Below, piece by piece: positions 1 through 11,700 of a DNA stretch of 64,000 nt. A program made the translations under genes and the position numbers. The stretch covers positions 148,800,001 to 148,864,000 of the forward strand of contig NC_091984.1 of assembly GCF_044704955.1 (NCBI RefSeq). The letters run 5' to 3'. The stretch's first letter is position 1; the number at the start of each line of letters is the position of its first letter. The notes under the pieces were generated by a model. The model ran no database searches and was not told the origin of the DNA. It was given only the letters and a program-made list of their open reading frames with translations. The DNA comes from Pristiophorus japonicus. Its lineage: Eukaryota.

Positions 1-1317
1 AGCGCCAGGGACAAGTCATACGAGGAGCTGACTGAACTTATTCATGACCAGTTGAAACCGAAGGAGAGCATCCTCATGGCCAGATTCAAATTTTACCACC
101 ACTGCAGACCCGAGGGCCAGGATGTCACCAAATATGCTGCAGACCTCAGGAGACTCGCGGCGCCGTGTGATTTTGGGGCACACCTTGATGAGGCGCTGTG
201 GGACGTTTTCGTTATGGGGATTGGACATGAGGGCCTCCTTCACAAGCTGCTGGCCACGGAACCCACAGTCACTCTGACAAAGGCCATCACCATCAGCCGG
301 GCATATATGACCTCGACTTGTAGCACCAAGCAAATAATCCACACAGTCTCGAACCCGGCAGGCACTGTCCACAGGATAGCGCCCACCATGGACAAAACTG
401 CAGAACGTGGCTCTGCCCAGGGCAGAGAGCACAGACCTCGGGGTCCTGGAACTCAGAGTCCGCTGAGGGGGGCCAATCAAGCAGCACCATGCTGGTGCTG
501 CAGAGAAAGCCATGGGGCTCACCGGTGCAGGTTTGTGGAGTACACATGCAATACCTGCCACATTAAAGGCCATCTTCAGTGTATGTGTAAAAGAAATCAG
601 ACTCACCGTGTGGCTGGGGAGACGGGGGATGATCCACTGTTCAGTGAGGAGCAGGCAGAAGAAGATGAGGTGTTGGGACTGTATACGTGCACCGACGATT
701 CTCCCCCAGTGATAATGGAAGTAAAAATTGATGGAGTCCCAGTGAGTGTGGCAGTGGATACGGGATTGGTTCCGTCGTTGATGAGTCAGAGAACTTTTGA
801 TAAACTGTGGGGTAACCCGGCTGCACGATCCAAGCTGGTCCCGGTCACGGCAAAGCTGCATACTTACACCAAGGAACTGGTACCTGTTCTCGGCAGAACG
901 GATGTACAGGTATCTCACAGGGGCGAGTTGCACGGTTTACCTTTATGGGTCATTGCAGGCGATGGGCCGACGTTCCTCGGCAGAAGATGGATGGGTAAGG
1001 TCCGTGGGAGCTGGGAAGACTTCTTCACTCTCCCACAGACTGCTGCTCCCTGGTTTCCAAAGGGCAGTGGCAACCGAGCTGGAGCTGCAGCAGCAGCCCA
1101 GAACTCCTGGCCCCAAGCAATCCTGCAGCCTCAGCTACAGGTGCGGGCCCATTGCTGGGGTGCGGGCTGGCGGGGCGCTGCGGTCCAGCGGTGGCCGGGT
1201 AACCCACGCAGTGGAACAAGCGGGCGGCAGCAGCGGCCGCGATGGTGGCGGCCATGGAGCCAGCAGGAGAGGCGGCCACGGAGCCAGCAGGAGAGGCGGC
1301 CACGGAGGGAGCTGTAA
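1..1317 (+). CDS. Gypsy/Ty3 gag-protease ORF (5' truncated by window), no RT/RH/IN follows
   Basis: Frame open from base 1; gag core (ESILMARFKFY...LRRLAAPCDFG), two Zn knuckles (CWCCRESH..HRC; CNTCHIKGHLQCMC), protease VDTG and FLGRRW; then GC-rich 24-bp repeats and stop. Confidence 0.85.
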   Translation, partial: SARDKSYEELTELIHDQLKPKESILMARFKFYHHCRPEGQDVTKYAADLRRLAAPCDFGAHLDEALWDVFVMGIGHEGLLHKLLATEPTVTLTKAITISRAYMTSTCSTKQIIHTVSNPAGTVHRIAPTMDKTAERGSAQGREHRPRGPGTQSPLRGANQAAPCWCCRESHGAHRCRFVEYTCNTCHIKGHLQCMCKRNQTHRVAGETGDDPLFSEEQAEEDEVLGLYTCTDDSPPVIMEVKIDGVPVSVAVDTGLVPSLMSQRTFDKLWGNPAARSKLVPVTAKLHTYTKELVPVLGRTDVQVSHRGELHGLPLWVIAGDGPTFLGRRWMGKVRGSWEDFFTLPQTAAPWFPKGSGNRAGAAAAAQNSWPQAILQPQLQVRAHCWGAGWRGAAVQRWPGNPRSGTSGRQQRPRWWRPWSQQERRPRSQQERRPRREL

Positions 1318-2106
1318 CGAAACATCGCGCCGAGTTTGAGAGCGCCAGCATCGAGTAAGTCCAGCATCAGCGCCAGAGGAAGAGGATCGTGGACAAATGC
1401 CTGAAACCTTTCCCCAAAATTCCCTCTCCCCACCTTCTATATTTCCCTTTCCCTCCTTCCGTGTTTCTTCTTTTTTCTCGGCCAGCTGAACACCTAAGAT
1501 GGCGGCGCCCAACGGAAGCCTCGTGGGAGCCACAAGATGGCTTCTTAAAAGGGAAATGCTCCCTGGCGTCTTAAAAGGGCCTCACACCACTGCGGTCCCC
1601 ACATAAAGACTTTTGGACTTTTGTAAGATTAGAGCAAGCCTAAGTGTGCCATGTGAATGTAGGATGATGGATTTATGACAAGAAATAATATTTTAATGCT
1701 GGGTGGTCACTGTGTTTAAAATAATAGACGTGAATTGCGAATTACGACAAGAGTTAATATTTCAATGCTAATGGTCACTGTGTTTAAATTCAGGGACGTG
1801 GATCCGTGACCAACATTACCAATGGGCTAATGCATTTTTCGATTCGGGGATTCTAGCAAAGGCTTTTTGAACTGGGAGCGCAGTGATGTTGTGTGTTGCT
1901 CTGGTACATTAAACATATGATAAGTACAATGGTGCACCACAGAAGGCGCTGTGGTGGGAGACCTGGAAGTACATGCACGAGGTATAAAAGGCTGCCCATC
2001 ACACCTGTGGAGCACGCTGGAGCTGTTCAATAAAGGACTAAGGTCACAGCAGTTAGATCAACACCAGACCTGTGGAGTCAGTGATTTGTGTGCTACATAC
2101 AATACA
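1..2106 (+). mobile_element. Non-autonomous (pol-less) Gypsy LTR retrotransposon, 3' part; 3' LTR 1887-2106
   Basis: TGTTGT...ATACA segment with TATAAAA and AATAAA, purine-rich tract before it; gag homologous to the Gypsy at 33266-39216. Confidence 0.7.
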
Positions 2107-3075
2107 GGTTCCTTGAGTAGTCTGTAACGGAATCAACCAGGGGGCAGACTATCTTAGATCCGGTCCTGTGTCATGAAACAGGATTAATAAACTATCTCCT
2201 AGTAAAGGATCGGCTGGGAACGAGTGACTATAACATGATTGAATTTCAAATTCAGATTGAGGGTGAGAAAGTTGGATCTCAAACCAGCATACTAAGCTTA
2301 AATAAAGGAGACTACAAAGGTATGAGGGCAGAGTTGGCTAAAGTGGACTGGGAAATTAGATTAAAGTGCAGGACGGCTGATGAACAGTGGTGTACATTTA
2401 AGGAGATATTTCACAACTCTCAAGAAAAATATATTCCAGTGAGGAGGAAAGGGTGTAAAAGAAAAGATAGCCAACTGTGGCTAATTAACAAAATAAGGGA
2501 CGGTGTCCAATTAAAAACAAGGGCATACAAAGTGGCCAAAACAGTGGGAGGACAGAAGATCGGGAAGCTTTGAAAAGCCAGCAAAGAATGACTAAAACAA
2601 TGATTAAGAAAGGGAAGATAGACAATGAAAGTAAACTAGCACAAAATAAAAAATAGATAGCAAGAGTTTCTATAGGTATATAAAAAGGAAAAGAGTGGCT
2701 AAATTAAATGTTGGTCCCATAGAGGATGAGACAGGGGAATTAGTGATGGGGAACATGGAGATGGCAGAAACTCTGAACAAATATTTTGTATCAGTCTTTA
2801 CGTTAGAGGACACTGAAATGAGGAGGAATTTCTTCTCTCTGAAGGTTGTAAATCTGTGGAATTCGCTGCGTCAGAGAGCTGCAGAGGCTGGGTCATTGAA
2901 TATATTTAAGGCAGAGATAGACAGTTTCTTAATCGATAAGGGAATAAGGGGTTATGGGGAATGGGCAGGGAAGTGGACCTGAGTCCATGATTGGTTCAGC
3001 CATGATCGTATTAAATGGTGGAGCAGGCTCGAGGGGCTGTGTGGCCTACTCCTGCTCCTATTTCTTATGTTCTTA
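2107..3075 (+). mobile_element. CR1 LINE fragment with internal deletion (endonuclease/linker joined to 3' end)
   Basis: ORF2 peptides SDYNMIEF..KGDYKGMR..MAETLNKYFVSVFTLEDT fused directly to EMRRNFFS..VVNLWNSL; CR1 3' UTR GGCCTACTCCTGCTCCTATTTCTTATGTT. Confidence 0.85.
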
Positions 3076-3164
3076 AAGTGAGGAGGAGTGGGACTAATTG
3101 GGTAATTCTTTCAAAGAGCCAGCACAGGCATGATGGGCCGAATGGCCTCCTTCTGTGCTGTAAG

Positions 3165-3400
3165 ATTCTAGGCTGTGAGCGCGGTTCACACTTTTCTCCC
3201 GTGTCATTAACAAACGTACAGCTGTGACAACCTCCCTCTTTCACTTCCTCTGTGGGTGAAGTTTCATTCTTCCGGTCTGACAATCTCTTCAGTTATTTTT
3301 TGCACGGGGGATTTCTGCTGTGGTCTGAGTCTCTAATAATAACCGTCCAATCAGGCAGAATAACAGCAGCTCGGACCGGCTAGGACAGCGGACCCAGGCT
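3165..3400. promoter_or_regulatory. Candidate B-cell (Ig intronic) enhancer island
   Basis: Non-repeat-looking island with E-box CAGCTG 3219-3224, Ets-IRF composite GAGGAAGTGAAA (minus, 3239-3250), kB-like GGGGGATTTC 3306-3315, Runx TGTGGT 3319-3324. Confidence 0.4.
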
Positions 3401-3845
3401 CAGTGCTGACCCTGCAACGTCCTCCTCACCAACATCTGGGGACTTGTGCCAAAAGTGGGAGAGCTGCCCCACAGACTAGTCAAGCACCAGCCTGACATTG
3501 TCCTACTCACAGAATCAGACCTTTCAGCCAATGTCCCAGACTCCTCCATCACCCGAGGTGGCGGCTCAGTGGTACACAGTCGGGAGGGAGTGGCCCTGGG
3601 AGTCCTCAACATTGACTCCGGACCCCATGAAGTCTCATGGCATCAGGTCAAACACGGGCAATGAAACCTCCTGCTGATTACCACCTCCCGCCCTCCCTCA
3701 GCTGATGAATCAGTACTCCTCCATGTTGAACACCACTTGGAAGAAGCACTGAGAGTAGCAAGGACACAGAATGTACTCTGGGTGGGGGACTTCACTGTCC
3801 ATCACCAAGAGTGGCTCGGTAGCACCCTACTGACCGAGCTGGCCG
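3400..3845 (+). mobile_element. Non-LTR retrotransposon APE endonuclease fragment (different family from flanking CR1s)
   Basis: NIWGLVPKVGEL..QPDIVLLTES..RGGG..LWVGDFTVHHQEW motifs, disrupted. Confidence 0.7.
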
Positions 3846-4236
3846 AGAGGGGCGATGCTGACATTGCAATCCCAGGTACTGGAGGACTGGAGGACTGCAA
3901 ACGTGGTAACTTTGTTTAAAAAGGGAGAAAGGGATAGATCGAGTCACTACAGGTCAGTCAGCCTAACCTCGGGGGCGGGATCGGAGGAATCTTCATTTAA
4001 CAAAACACGGATTGATCAAGGACAGTCAGCATGGGTTTGTTAAGGGAAGGTCGTGTCTGAATAACTTGATTCAATTTTTTGAGGAGATAACAAGGAGGGT
4101 TGATGAGGGCAGTGCGTTTGAAGTAGTGTATATGGATTTTAGCAAGACTTTTTAAAGGCAGTTTGGTCACAAAAGTAAAAGCCCATGGGATCCAGGGCAA
4201 AGTGACAAGTTGGATCCAAAATTGCCTCAGATGCAG
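3846..4236 (+). mobile_element. CR1 RT fragments
   Basis: EDWRTANVVTLFKKG..YRSVSLTS, QHGFVKGRSCL, deleted and frameshifted. Confidence 0.8.
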
Positions 4237-4252
4237 GAAACATTGAAACATA

Positions 4253-7200
4253 GGGCCCAAGTTTCCACATGATAAAAAACGGGCGCCAAGCTGGGCGCCC
4301 GTTTTTCACGACTAAAACGGCGCCGGAAAAAAACCAAGCGATTCTGGAGCGCTTTGCAGCTCCTTGTCTGCTTGGCGCAGCGCCCAGGGGGGCGGAGCCT
4401 ACACTCGCGCCGATTTTGTAAGTGGGAGGGGGCGGGTACTATTTAAATTAGCTTTTTTCCTGCCGGCAACGCTGCACGTGCGCGTTGGAGCGTTCGCGCA
4501 TGCTCAGTGTGAAAAAAACATTGGCACTCGGCCATTTTTGTAGTTCTTTGTAGTTCTTTGTAGTTGTTTAGTTTTTGAACATTTTTTAATAAAAGTACAT
4601 TGCCATCAGCACAGGGGCTTCTTGTAGCAGTGAGAAGGCTGCAGGAACCCTCAGAAAGTTGAGGCAGCCGTTTCCCGACGACCTCCCCCTTTTGCCGTCG
4701 GGAAATGGCTCCTCAATTTCTGAGGCTTCCTGCAGTCTTCTCTCTTTCCCGCCAGCCGTCTGGAACGGCTCCATTCCCTTCCCTGCCCCCCCGCATTCGG
4801 TCGGCTCCCTCCCTCGCCCCGACCCCCGCGTTCGGTCGGCTCCCTCCCTCCCCCCCCTGCGTTCGGTCAGCTCCCTCCCTCCCCCCCCCGCGTTCGGTCG
4901 GCTCCCTCCCTCCCCCCCCTGCGTTCGGTCAGCTCCCTCCCTCCCCCCCCCCGCGTTCGGTCGGCTCCCTCCCTCCCTCCCGCCCGCGTTCGGTCGGCTC
5001 CCTTCCCTCCCCCCCCGCGTTCGGTCGGCTCCCTCCCTCCCTCCCGCCCGCGTTCGGTCGGCTCCCTTCCCTCCCCCCCCGCATTCGGTCGGCTCCCTTC
5101 CCTCCCCCCCCGCGTTCGGTCGGCTCCCTCCCTCCCTCCCGCCCGCGTTCGGTCGGCTCCCTTCCCTCCCCCCCCGCATTCGGTCGGCTCCCTCCTCCAT
5201 CGCCCACCCACGTTCGGTCGGCTCCCTCCCTCCCCCCCCCCGCATTCAGTCGGCTCCCTCCTCCCCACCCGCGTTCGGTCGGCACCCTCCCCCGCGTTCG
5301 GTCGGCTCCCTCCTCCATCGCCCACCCGCGTTCGGTCGGCTCCCTCCTCCATCGCCCACCCGCGTTCGGTCGGCTCCCTCCTCCATCGCCCACCCGCGTT
5401 CGGTCGGCTCCCTCCCCCGCGTTCGGTCGGCTCCCTCCCCCGCGTTCGGTCGGCTCCCTCCCCCGCGTTCGGTCGGCTCCCTCCCCCGCGTTCGGTCGGC
5501 TCCCTCCCCCGCGTTCGGTCGGCTCCCTCCCCCGCATTCGGTCGGCTCCCTCCCCCGCGTTCGGTCGACTCCCTCCCCCGCATTCGGTCGGCTCCCTCCC
5601 CCGCGTTCGGTCGGCTCCCTCCCCCGCGTTCGGTCGGCTCCCTCCCCACCCGCGTTCGGTCGGCTCCCTCCCCCGCATTCGGTCGGCTCCCTCCTCCATC
5701 GCCCACCCGCGTTCGGTCGGCTCCCTCCCCCGCGTTCGGTCGGCTCCCTCCCCCGCATTCGGTCGGCTCCCTCCCCCGCGTTCGGTCGGCTCCCTCCCCC
5801 GCGTTCGGTCGGCTCCCTCCCCCGCATTCGGTCGGCTCCCTCCCCCGCGTTCGGTCGGCTCCCTCCCCCGCGTTCGGTCGGCTCCCTCCCCCGCGTTCGG
5901 TCGGCTCCCTCCCCCGCGTTCGGTCGGCTCCCTCCCCCGCGTTCGGTCGGCTCCCTCCCCCGCGTTCGGTCGGCTCCCTCCCCCGCATTCGGTCGGCTCC
6001 CTCCCCCGCGTTCGGTCGGCTCCCTGCCCCGCATTCGGTCGGCTCCCTCCGCGCATTCGGTCGGCTCCCTCCCCCGCGTTCGGTCAGCTCCCTCCCCCGC
6101 ATTCGGTCGGCTCCCTTCCCGCATTCGGTCGGCTCCCTCCCCCACGTTCGGTCGGCACCCTCCCCCGCGTTCGGTCGGCTCCCTCCCCCGCATTCGGTCG
6201 GCTCCCTCCTCCCCACCCGCGTTCGGTCGGCACCCTCCCCCGCGTTCGGTCGGCTCCCTCCATCATCGCCCACCCGCGTTCGGTCGGCTCCCTCCTCCAT
6301 CGCCCACCCGCGTTCGGTCGGCTCCCTCCTCCATCGCCCACCCGCGTTCGGTCGGCTCCCTCCTCCATCGCCCACCCGCGTTCGGTCGGCTCCCTCCTCC
6401 ATCGCCCACCCGCGTTCGGTCGGCTCCCTCCTCCATCGCCCACCCGCGTTCGGTCGGCTCCCTCCTCCATCGCCCACCTGCATTCGGTCGGCTCCCTCCC
6501 CCGCGTTCGGTCGGCTCCCTCCCCACACGCGTTCGGTCGGCTCCCTCCTCCATCGCCCACCCGCGTTCGGTCGGCTCCCTCCTCCATCGCCCACCCGCAT
6601 TCGGTCGGCTCCCTCCCCCGCGTTCGGTCGGCTCCCTCCCCACACGCGTTCGGTCGGCTCCCTCCTCCATCGCCCACCCGCGTTCGGTCGGCTCCCTCCC
6701 CCGCATTCGGTCGGCTCCCTCCCCGCATTCGGTCGGCTCCCTCCCCCGCGTTCGGTCGGCTCCCTCCCCCGCATTCGGTCGGCTCCCTCCCCGCATTCGG
6801 TCGGCTCCCTCCCCCGCATTCGGTCGGCTCCCTCCCCGCATTCGGTCGGCTCCCTCCCCCGCATTCGGTCGGCTCCCTCCCCACACGCGTTCGGTCGGCT
6901 CCCTCCCCCGCGTTCGGTCAGCTCCCTCCTCCCCACCCGCGTTCGGTCGGCTCCCTCCCCCGCGTTCGGTCGGCTCCCTCCCCCGCGTTCGGTCGGCTCC
7001 CTCCCCCGCGTTCGGTCGGCTCCCTCCTCCATCGCCCGCCCGCGTTCGGTCGGCTCCCTCCTCACCCTCCGCCCGCGTTCGGTCGGCTCCCTCCTCACCC
7101 TCCGCCCGCGTTCGGTCGGCTCCCTCCTCCCCCCCCGCCCGCGTTCGGTCGGCTCCCTCCTCACCCTCCGCCCGCGTTCGGTCGGCTCCCTCCTCACCCT

Positions 7201-8778
7201 CCGCCCGCGTTCGGTCGGCTCCCTCCTCACCCTCCGCCCGCGTTCGGTCGGCTCCCTCCTCCCCCCCCGCCCGCGTTCAGTCGGCTCCCTCCTCACCCTC
7301 CGCCCGCGTTCGGTCGGCTCCCTCCTCACCCTCCGCCCGCGTTTGGTCGGCTCCCTCCTCACCCTCCGCCCGCGTTCAGTCGGCTCCCTCCTCACCCTCC
7401 GCCCGCGTTTGGTCGGCTCCCTCCTCACCCTCCGCCCGCGTTTGGTCGGCTCCCTCCTCCCCCCCCGCCCGCGTTTGGTCGGCTCCTTCCTCCCCCCCTG
7501 CCCGCGTTTGGTCGGCTCCCTCCTCACCCTCCGCCCGCGTTTGGTCGGCTCCCTCCTCACCCTCCGCCCGCGTTTCGTCGGCTCCCTCCTCCCCCCCCGC
7601 CCGCGTTTCGTCGGCTCCCTCCTACCCCCCCCGCCCGCGTTTGGTCGGCTCCCTCCTCCCCCCCCGCCCGCGTTTGGTCGGCTCCGTCCTCACCCTCCGC
7701 CCGCGTTCGGTCGGCTCCCTCCTCCCCCCCCGCCCGCGTTCGGTCGGCTCCCTCCTCCCTTCCCGCCCGCGTTCGGTCGGCTCCCTCCTCCCCCCCCCCA
7801 CCTGCGTTCGGTCGGCTCCCTCCTCCCCCCCCCCCACCTGCGTTCGGTCGGCTCCCTCCTCCCCCCCCCGCCCGCGTTCGGTCGGCTCCCTCCTCCCTTC
7901 CCACCTGCGTTCGGTCGGCTCCCTCCTCCCCCCCCCCCACCTGCGTTCTGTCGGCTCCCTCCTCCCCCCCCGCCCGCGTTCGGTCGGCTCCCTCCTCCCC
8001 CCCCCCACCTGCGTTCGGTCGGCTCCCTCCTCCCCCCCCCCCACCTGCGTTCTGTCGGCTCCCTCCTCCCCCCCCGCCCGCGTTCGGTCGGCTCCCTCCT
8101 CCCCCCCCGCCCGCGTTCGGTCGGCTCCCTCCTCCCTTCCCGCCCGCGTTTGGTCGGCTCCCTCCTCCCCCCCCCCACCTGCGTTCGGTCGGCTCCCTCC
8201 TCCCCCCCCACCTGCGTTCGGTCGGCTCCCTCCTCCCCCCCCCGCCCGCGTTCGGTCGGCTCCCTCGTTTTGTGAGGCTTGCTGCACCATTCTCCCTGGC
8301 TGAAGCACTTTCACACAGGTAGGAAGATGGTTTATTTAATCTTTTCTTTGCTTATAAATGTTTATTCAGGTTGGATTTATTTGTATAATATTTGTATAAG
8401 TATAAATAAGGATTTATTGTCGAATTTAATGAGTTCCTTCCCCCCGCCTCCCCCCCCCACCTCATTCTGGGCACCTGATTTGTAACCTGCGCCTGATTTT
8501 TTAATGTGTAGAACAGGTTTTTTCAGTTCTACAAAAATCTTCACTTGCTCCATTCTACTTTAGTTTGGAGTACATTTTCACTGTGGAAACTTTGAAATCA
8601 GGTGTCAGTGGCCGGACACGCCCCCTTTTGAAGAAAAAATTCTGTTCCAAAGTAGAACTGTTCTACCTGACTAGAACTGCAGAAAAAAAAATGTGGAGAA
8701 TTGCGAATTCTAAGATAGTCCGTTCTCCACCAGTTGCTCCTAAAAATCAGGCGCAGATCATTTGGAAACTTGGGCCCT
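4253..8778. mobile_element. Non-autonomous TIR DNA transposon (PIF/Harbinger-like) inflated by a minisatellite
   Basis: TIRs GGGCCCAAGTTTCCA (4253-) and TGGAAACTTGGGCCC(C) (-8778); TA(G) duplicated at 4251 and 8779; sits inside the (GAAACATA)n tail of a CR1; no transposase. Confidence 0.8.
4790..8265. repeat. C-rich minisatellite, core GC(G/A)TTCGGTCGGCTCCCTCC plus variable pyrimidine spacers (~22-37 bp units)
   Basis: Directly visible tandem array of ~3.5 kb. Confidence 0.97.
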
Positions 8779-11700
8779 TAGAAACATCGAAAATAGATGC
8801 AGGAGTAGGCCATTCGGCCCTTCGAGCCTGCACCACCGTTCAATAAGATCATGGCTGATCATTCCCTCAGTATCCCTTTCCTGCTTTCTCTCCATACCCC
8901 TTGATTCCCTTAGCCGTAAGGGCCATATCTAACTCCCTCTTGAATATATCCAAGGAACTGGCATCAACAACTCTCTGCGGCAGGGAATTTCACAGGTTAA
9001 CAACTCTCTGAGTGAAGAAGTTTCTCCTCATCTCAGTACTAAATGGCCTAGCTCCTTATCCTAAAACTGTGTCCCCTGGTTCTGGACTTCCCCAACATCA
9101 GGAACATTCTTCCCGCATCTAACCTGTCCCGTCCCATCAGAATCTTATACATTTCTCTGAGATCCCCTCTCATCTTCTAAACTCCAGTGTATAAAGGCCC
9201 AGTTGATCCAGTCTCTCCTCATATGTCAGTCCAGCCATCCCTGGAATGAGTCTGGTAAACCTTCCCTCAATAGCAAGAATGTCCTTCCTCAGAATAGGAG
9301 ACCAAAATTGAACACAATATTCCAGGTGAGGCCTCACCAAGGCCCTGTACAACTGCAGTAAGACCTCCCTGCTCCTATACACAAATCCCCTAGCTATGAA
9401 GGCCAACATGCCATTTGCCTTCACCGCCTGCTGTACCTGCATGCCAACTTTCAATGACTGATGAACCATGACACCCAGGTCTCGTTGCACCTCCCCTTTT
9501 CCTAATCTGCCACCGTTCAGCTAATATTCTGCCTTCTTGTTTTTTCCACCAAAGTGGATAACCTCACATTTATCCACATTATACTGCATCTGCCATGCAT
9601 TTGCCCACTCACCTAACCTGTCCAAATCACCCTGCAGCCTCTTAGCATCCTCCTCACAGCTCACACCGCCAGCCAGTTTCGTTTCATCTGCATACTTGGA
9701 GATATTACACTCAATTCCTGCATCCAAATCATTAATGTATATTGTAAAGAGCTGTGGTCCCAGCACTGAGCCCTGTGGCACTCCACTAGTCATTGCCTCC
9801 CGCTCCAAAAAGGACCTGTTTATCCCGACTCTCTGCTTCCTGTCTGCCAACCAATTCTCTATCCACGCCAATACATTATCCCCAATACCATGTGCTTTAA
9901 TTTTGCACACCAATCTCTTATGTGGGACCTTGTCAAAGGCCTTTTGAAAGTCCAAATACACCACATCCACTGGTTCTCCCTTGTCCACTCTACTAGTTAC
10001 ATCCTCCAAAAATTCCAGAAGATTTGTCAAGCATGATTTCCCCTTCTTAAATCCATGCTGACTTGGACCGATCCTGTCACTGCTTTCCAAATGCGCTGCT
10101 ATTTCATCCTTAATAATTGATTCCAACATTTTCCCCACTACTGATGTCAGGCTAACCATTCTATAATTTCCCGTTTTCTCTCTCCTTCCTTTTTTTAAAA
10201 GTGGTGTTACATTAGCTACTCTCCAGTCCATAGGAACTGATCCAGAGTCGATAGACTGTTGGAAAATGATCACCAATGCAACCACTATTTCTTGGGCGAC
10301 CTCCTTAAGCACTCTGGGATGCAGACAATCAGGCCCCGGGGATTTATCGGCCTTCAATCCCATCAATTTCCCTAACACAATTTCCCCCCCAGTAAGGATA
10401 TCCTTCAGGTCTTCCTTCTCACTAGACTCTCGGTCCCCTAGTACATCCGGAAGGTCATTTGTGTCTTCCTTCGTGAGGACAGAACCAAAGTACTTGTTCA
10501 ATTGGTCTGCCATTTCTTTGTTCCCCATTATAAATTCACCTGAGTCCAACTGCAAGGGACCTACGTTTGTCTTCACTAATCTTTTTCTCTTCGCATATCT
10601 ATAGAAGCTTTTGCAGTCAGTTTTTATGTTCCCGGCAAGCTTCCTCTCGTACTCTATCTTTCTCCTCCAAATTAAACCCTTTGTCCTCCTCTGCTGAATT
10701 CTAAATTTCTCCCAGTCCTCGGATTTGCTGCTTTTTCTGGCCAATTTATATGCCTCTTCCTTGGATCTAACACTATCCTTAATTTCCCTTGTTAGCCACG
10801 GTTGAGCCACCTTCCCTGTTTTACTTTTACTCCAGACAGGGATGTACAACTGTTGAAATTCATCCATGTGATCTATAAATGTTTGCCATTGCCTATCCAC
10901 CATCAATCCTTTAAGTATCATTTGCCAGTCTATTCAAGCAAATTCACGCCTCATGTCGTCGAAGTTAGCTTTCCTTAAGTATAGGACCCTAGTTTCTGAA
11001 TTAACTGTGTTACTCTCCATCTTAATAAAGAATTCTACCATATTATGGTCACTCTTCCCCAAGGGGCCTCGCACAACAAGATTGCTAATTAGTCCCTTCT
11101 CATTACACATCACCCAGTCTAGGATGGCCAGCTCTCTAGTTGGTTCCTGGACATATTGGTCTAGAAAACCATCCCTAATACACTCCAGGAAATCCTCCAC
11201 TACCGCATTGCTACCAGTTTGGTTAGCCCAATCTGTATGTAAATTAAAGTCGCCCATGATAACCGCTGTACCTTTATTGCACACATCCCTTATTTCTTGT
11301 TGATGCTGTCCCCAATCTCACTACTACTGTTTGGTGGCCTGTACACAACTTCCACTAGTGTTTTCTGCCCTTTGGTATTCCACAGCTCCACCCATACTGA
11401 TTCCACATCATCCAAGCCAATGTCCTTCCTTACTGTTGCATTAATTTCCTCTTTAACCAGCAATGTCACCTCGCCTCCTTTTCCTCTCTGTCTATCCTTC
11501 CTAAATGTTGAATACCCCTGGATGATGAGTTCCCAGCCTTGGTCACCCTGGAGTCATGTCTCTGTGATGCCAATTACATCATATCCATTAACTGCTATGT
11601 GCGCAGTTAATTCGTCCACCTTATTCAGAATACTCCTCACATTGAGTCACAGAGCCTTCAGGCTTGTCTTTTAACACACCTTGCCCCTTTAGAATTTTGC

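Noticed and set aside
4790-8265. CRISPR-like constant core with variable spacers
   Set aside because: Spacers are short, low-complexity and reiterated; no cas genes; vertebrate context
4790-8265. Ig switch-region analogue upstream of the C exon
   Set aside because: Light chains do not switch, the G-rich strand is the template strand, AGCT motifs are rare and the array lies within a MITE
4586-8322. 1200-aa Pro/Arg/Ser-rich ORFs
   Set aside because: Open in several frames on both strands only because the minisatellite lacks stop codons
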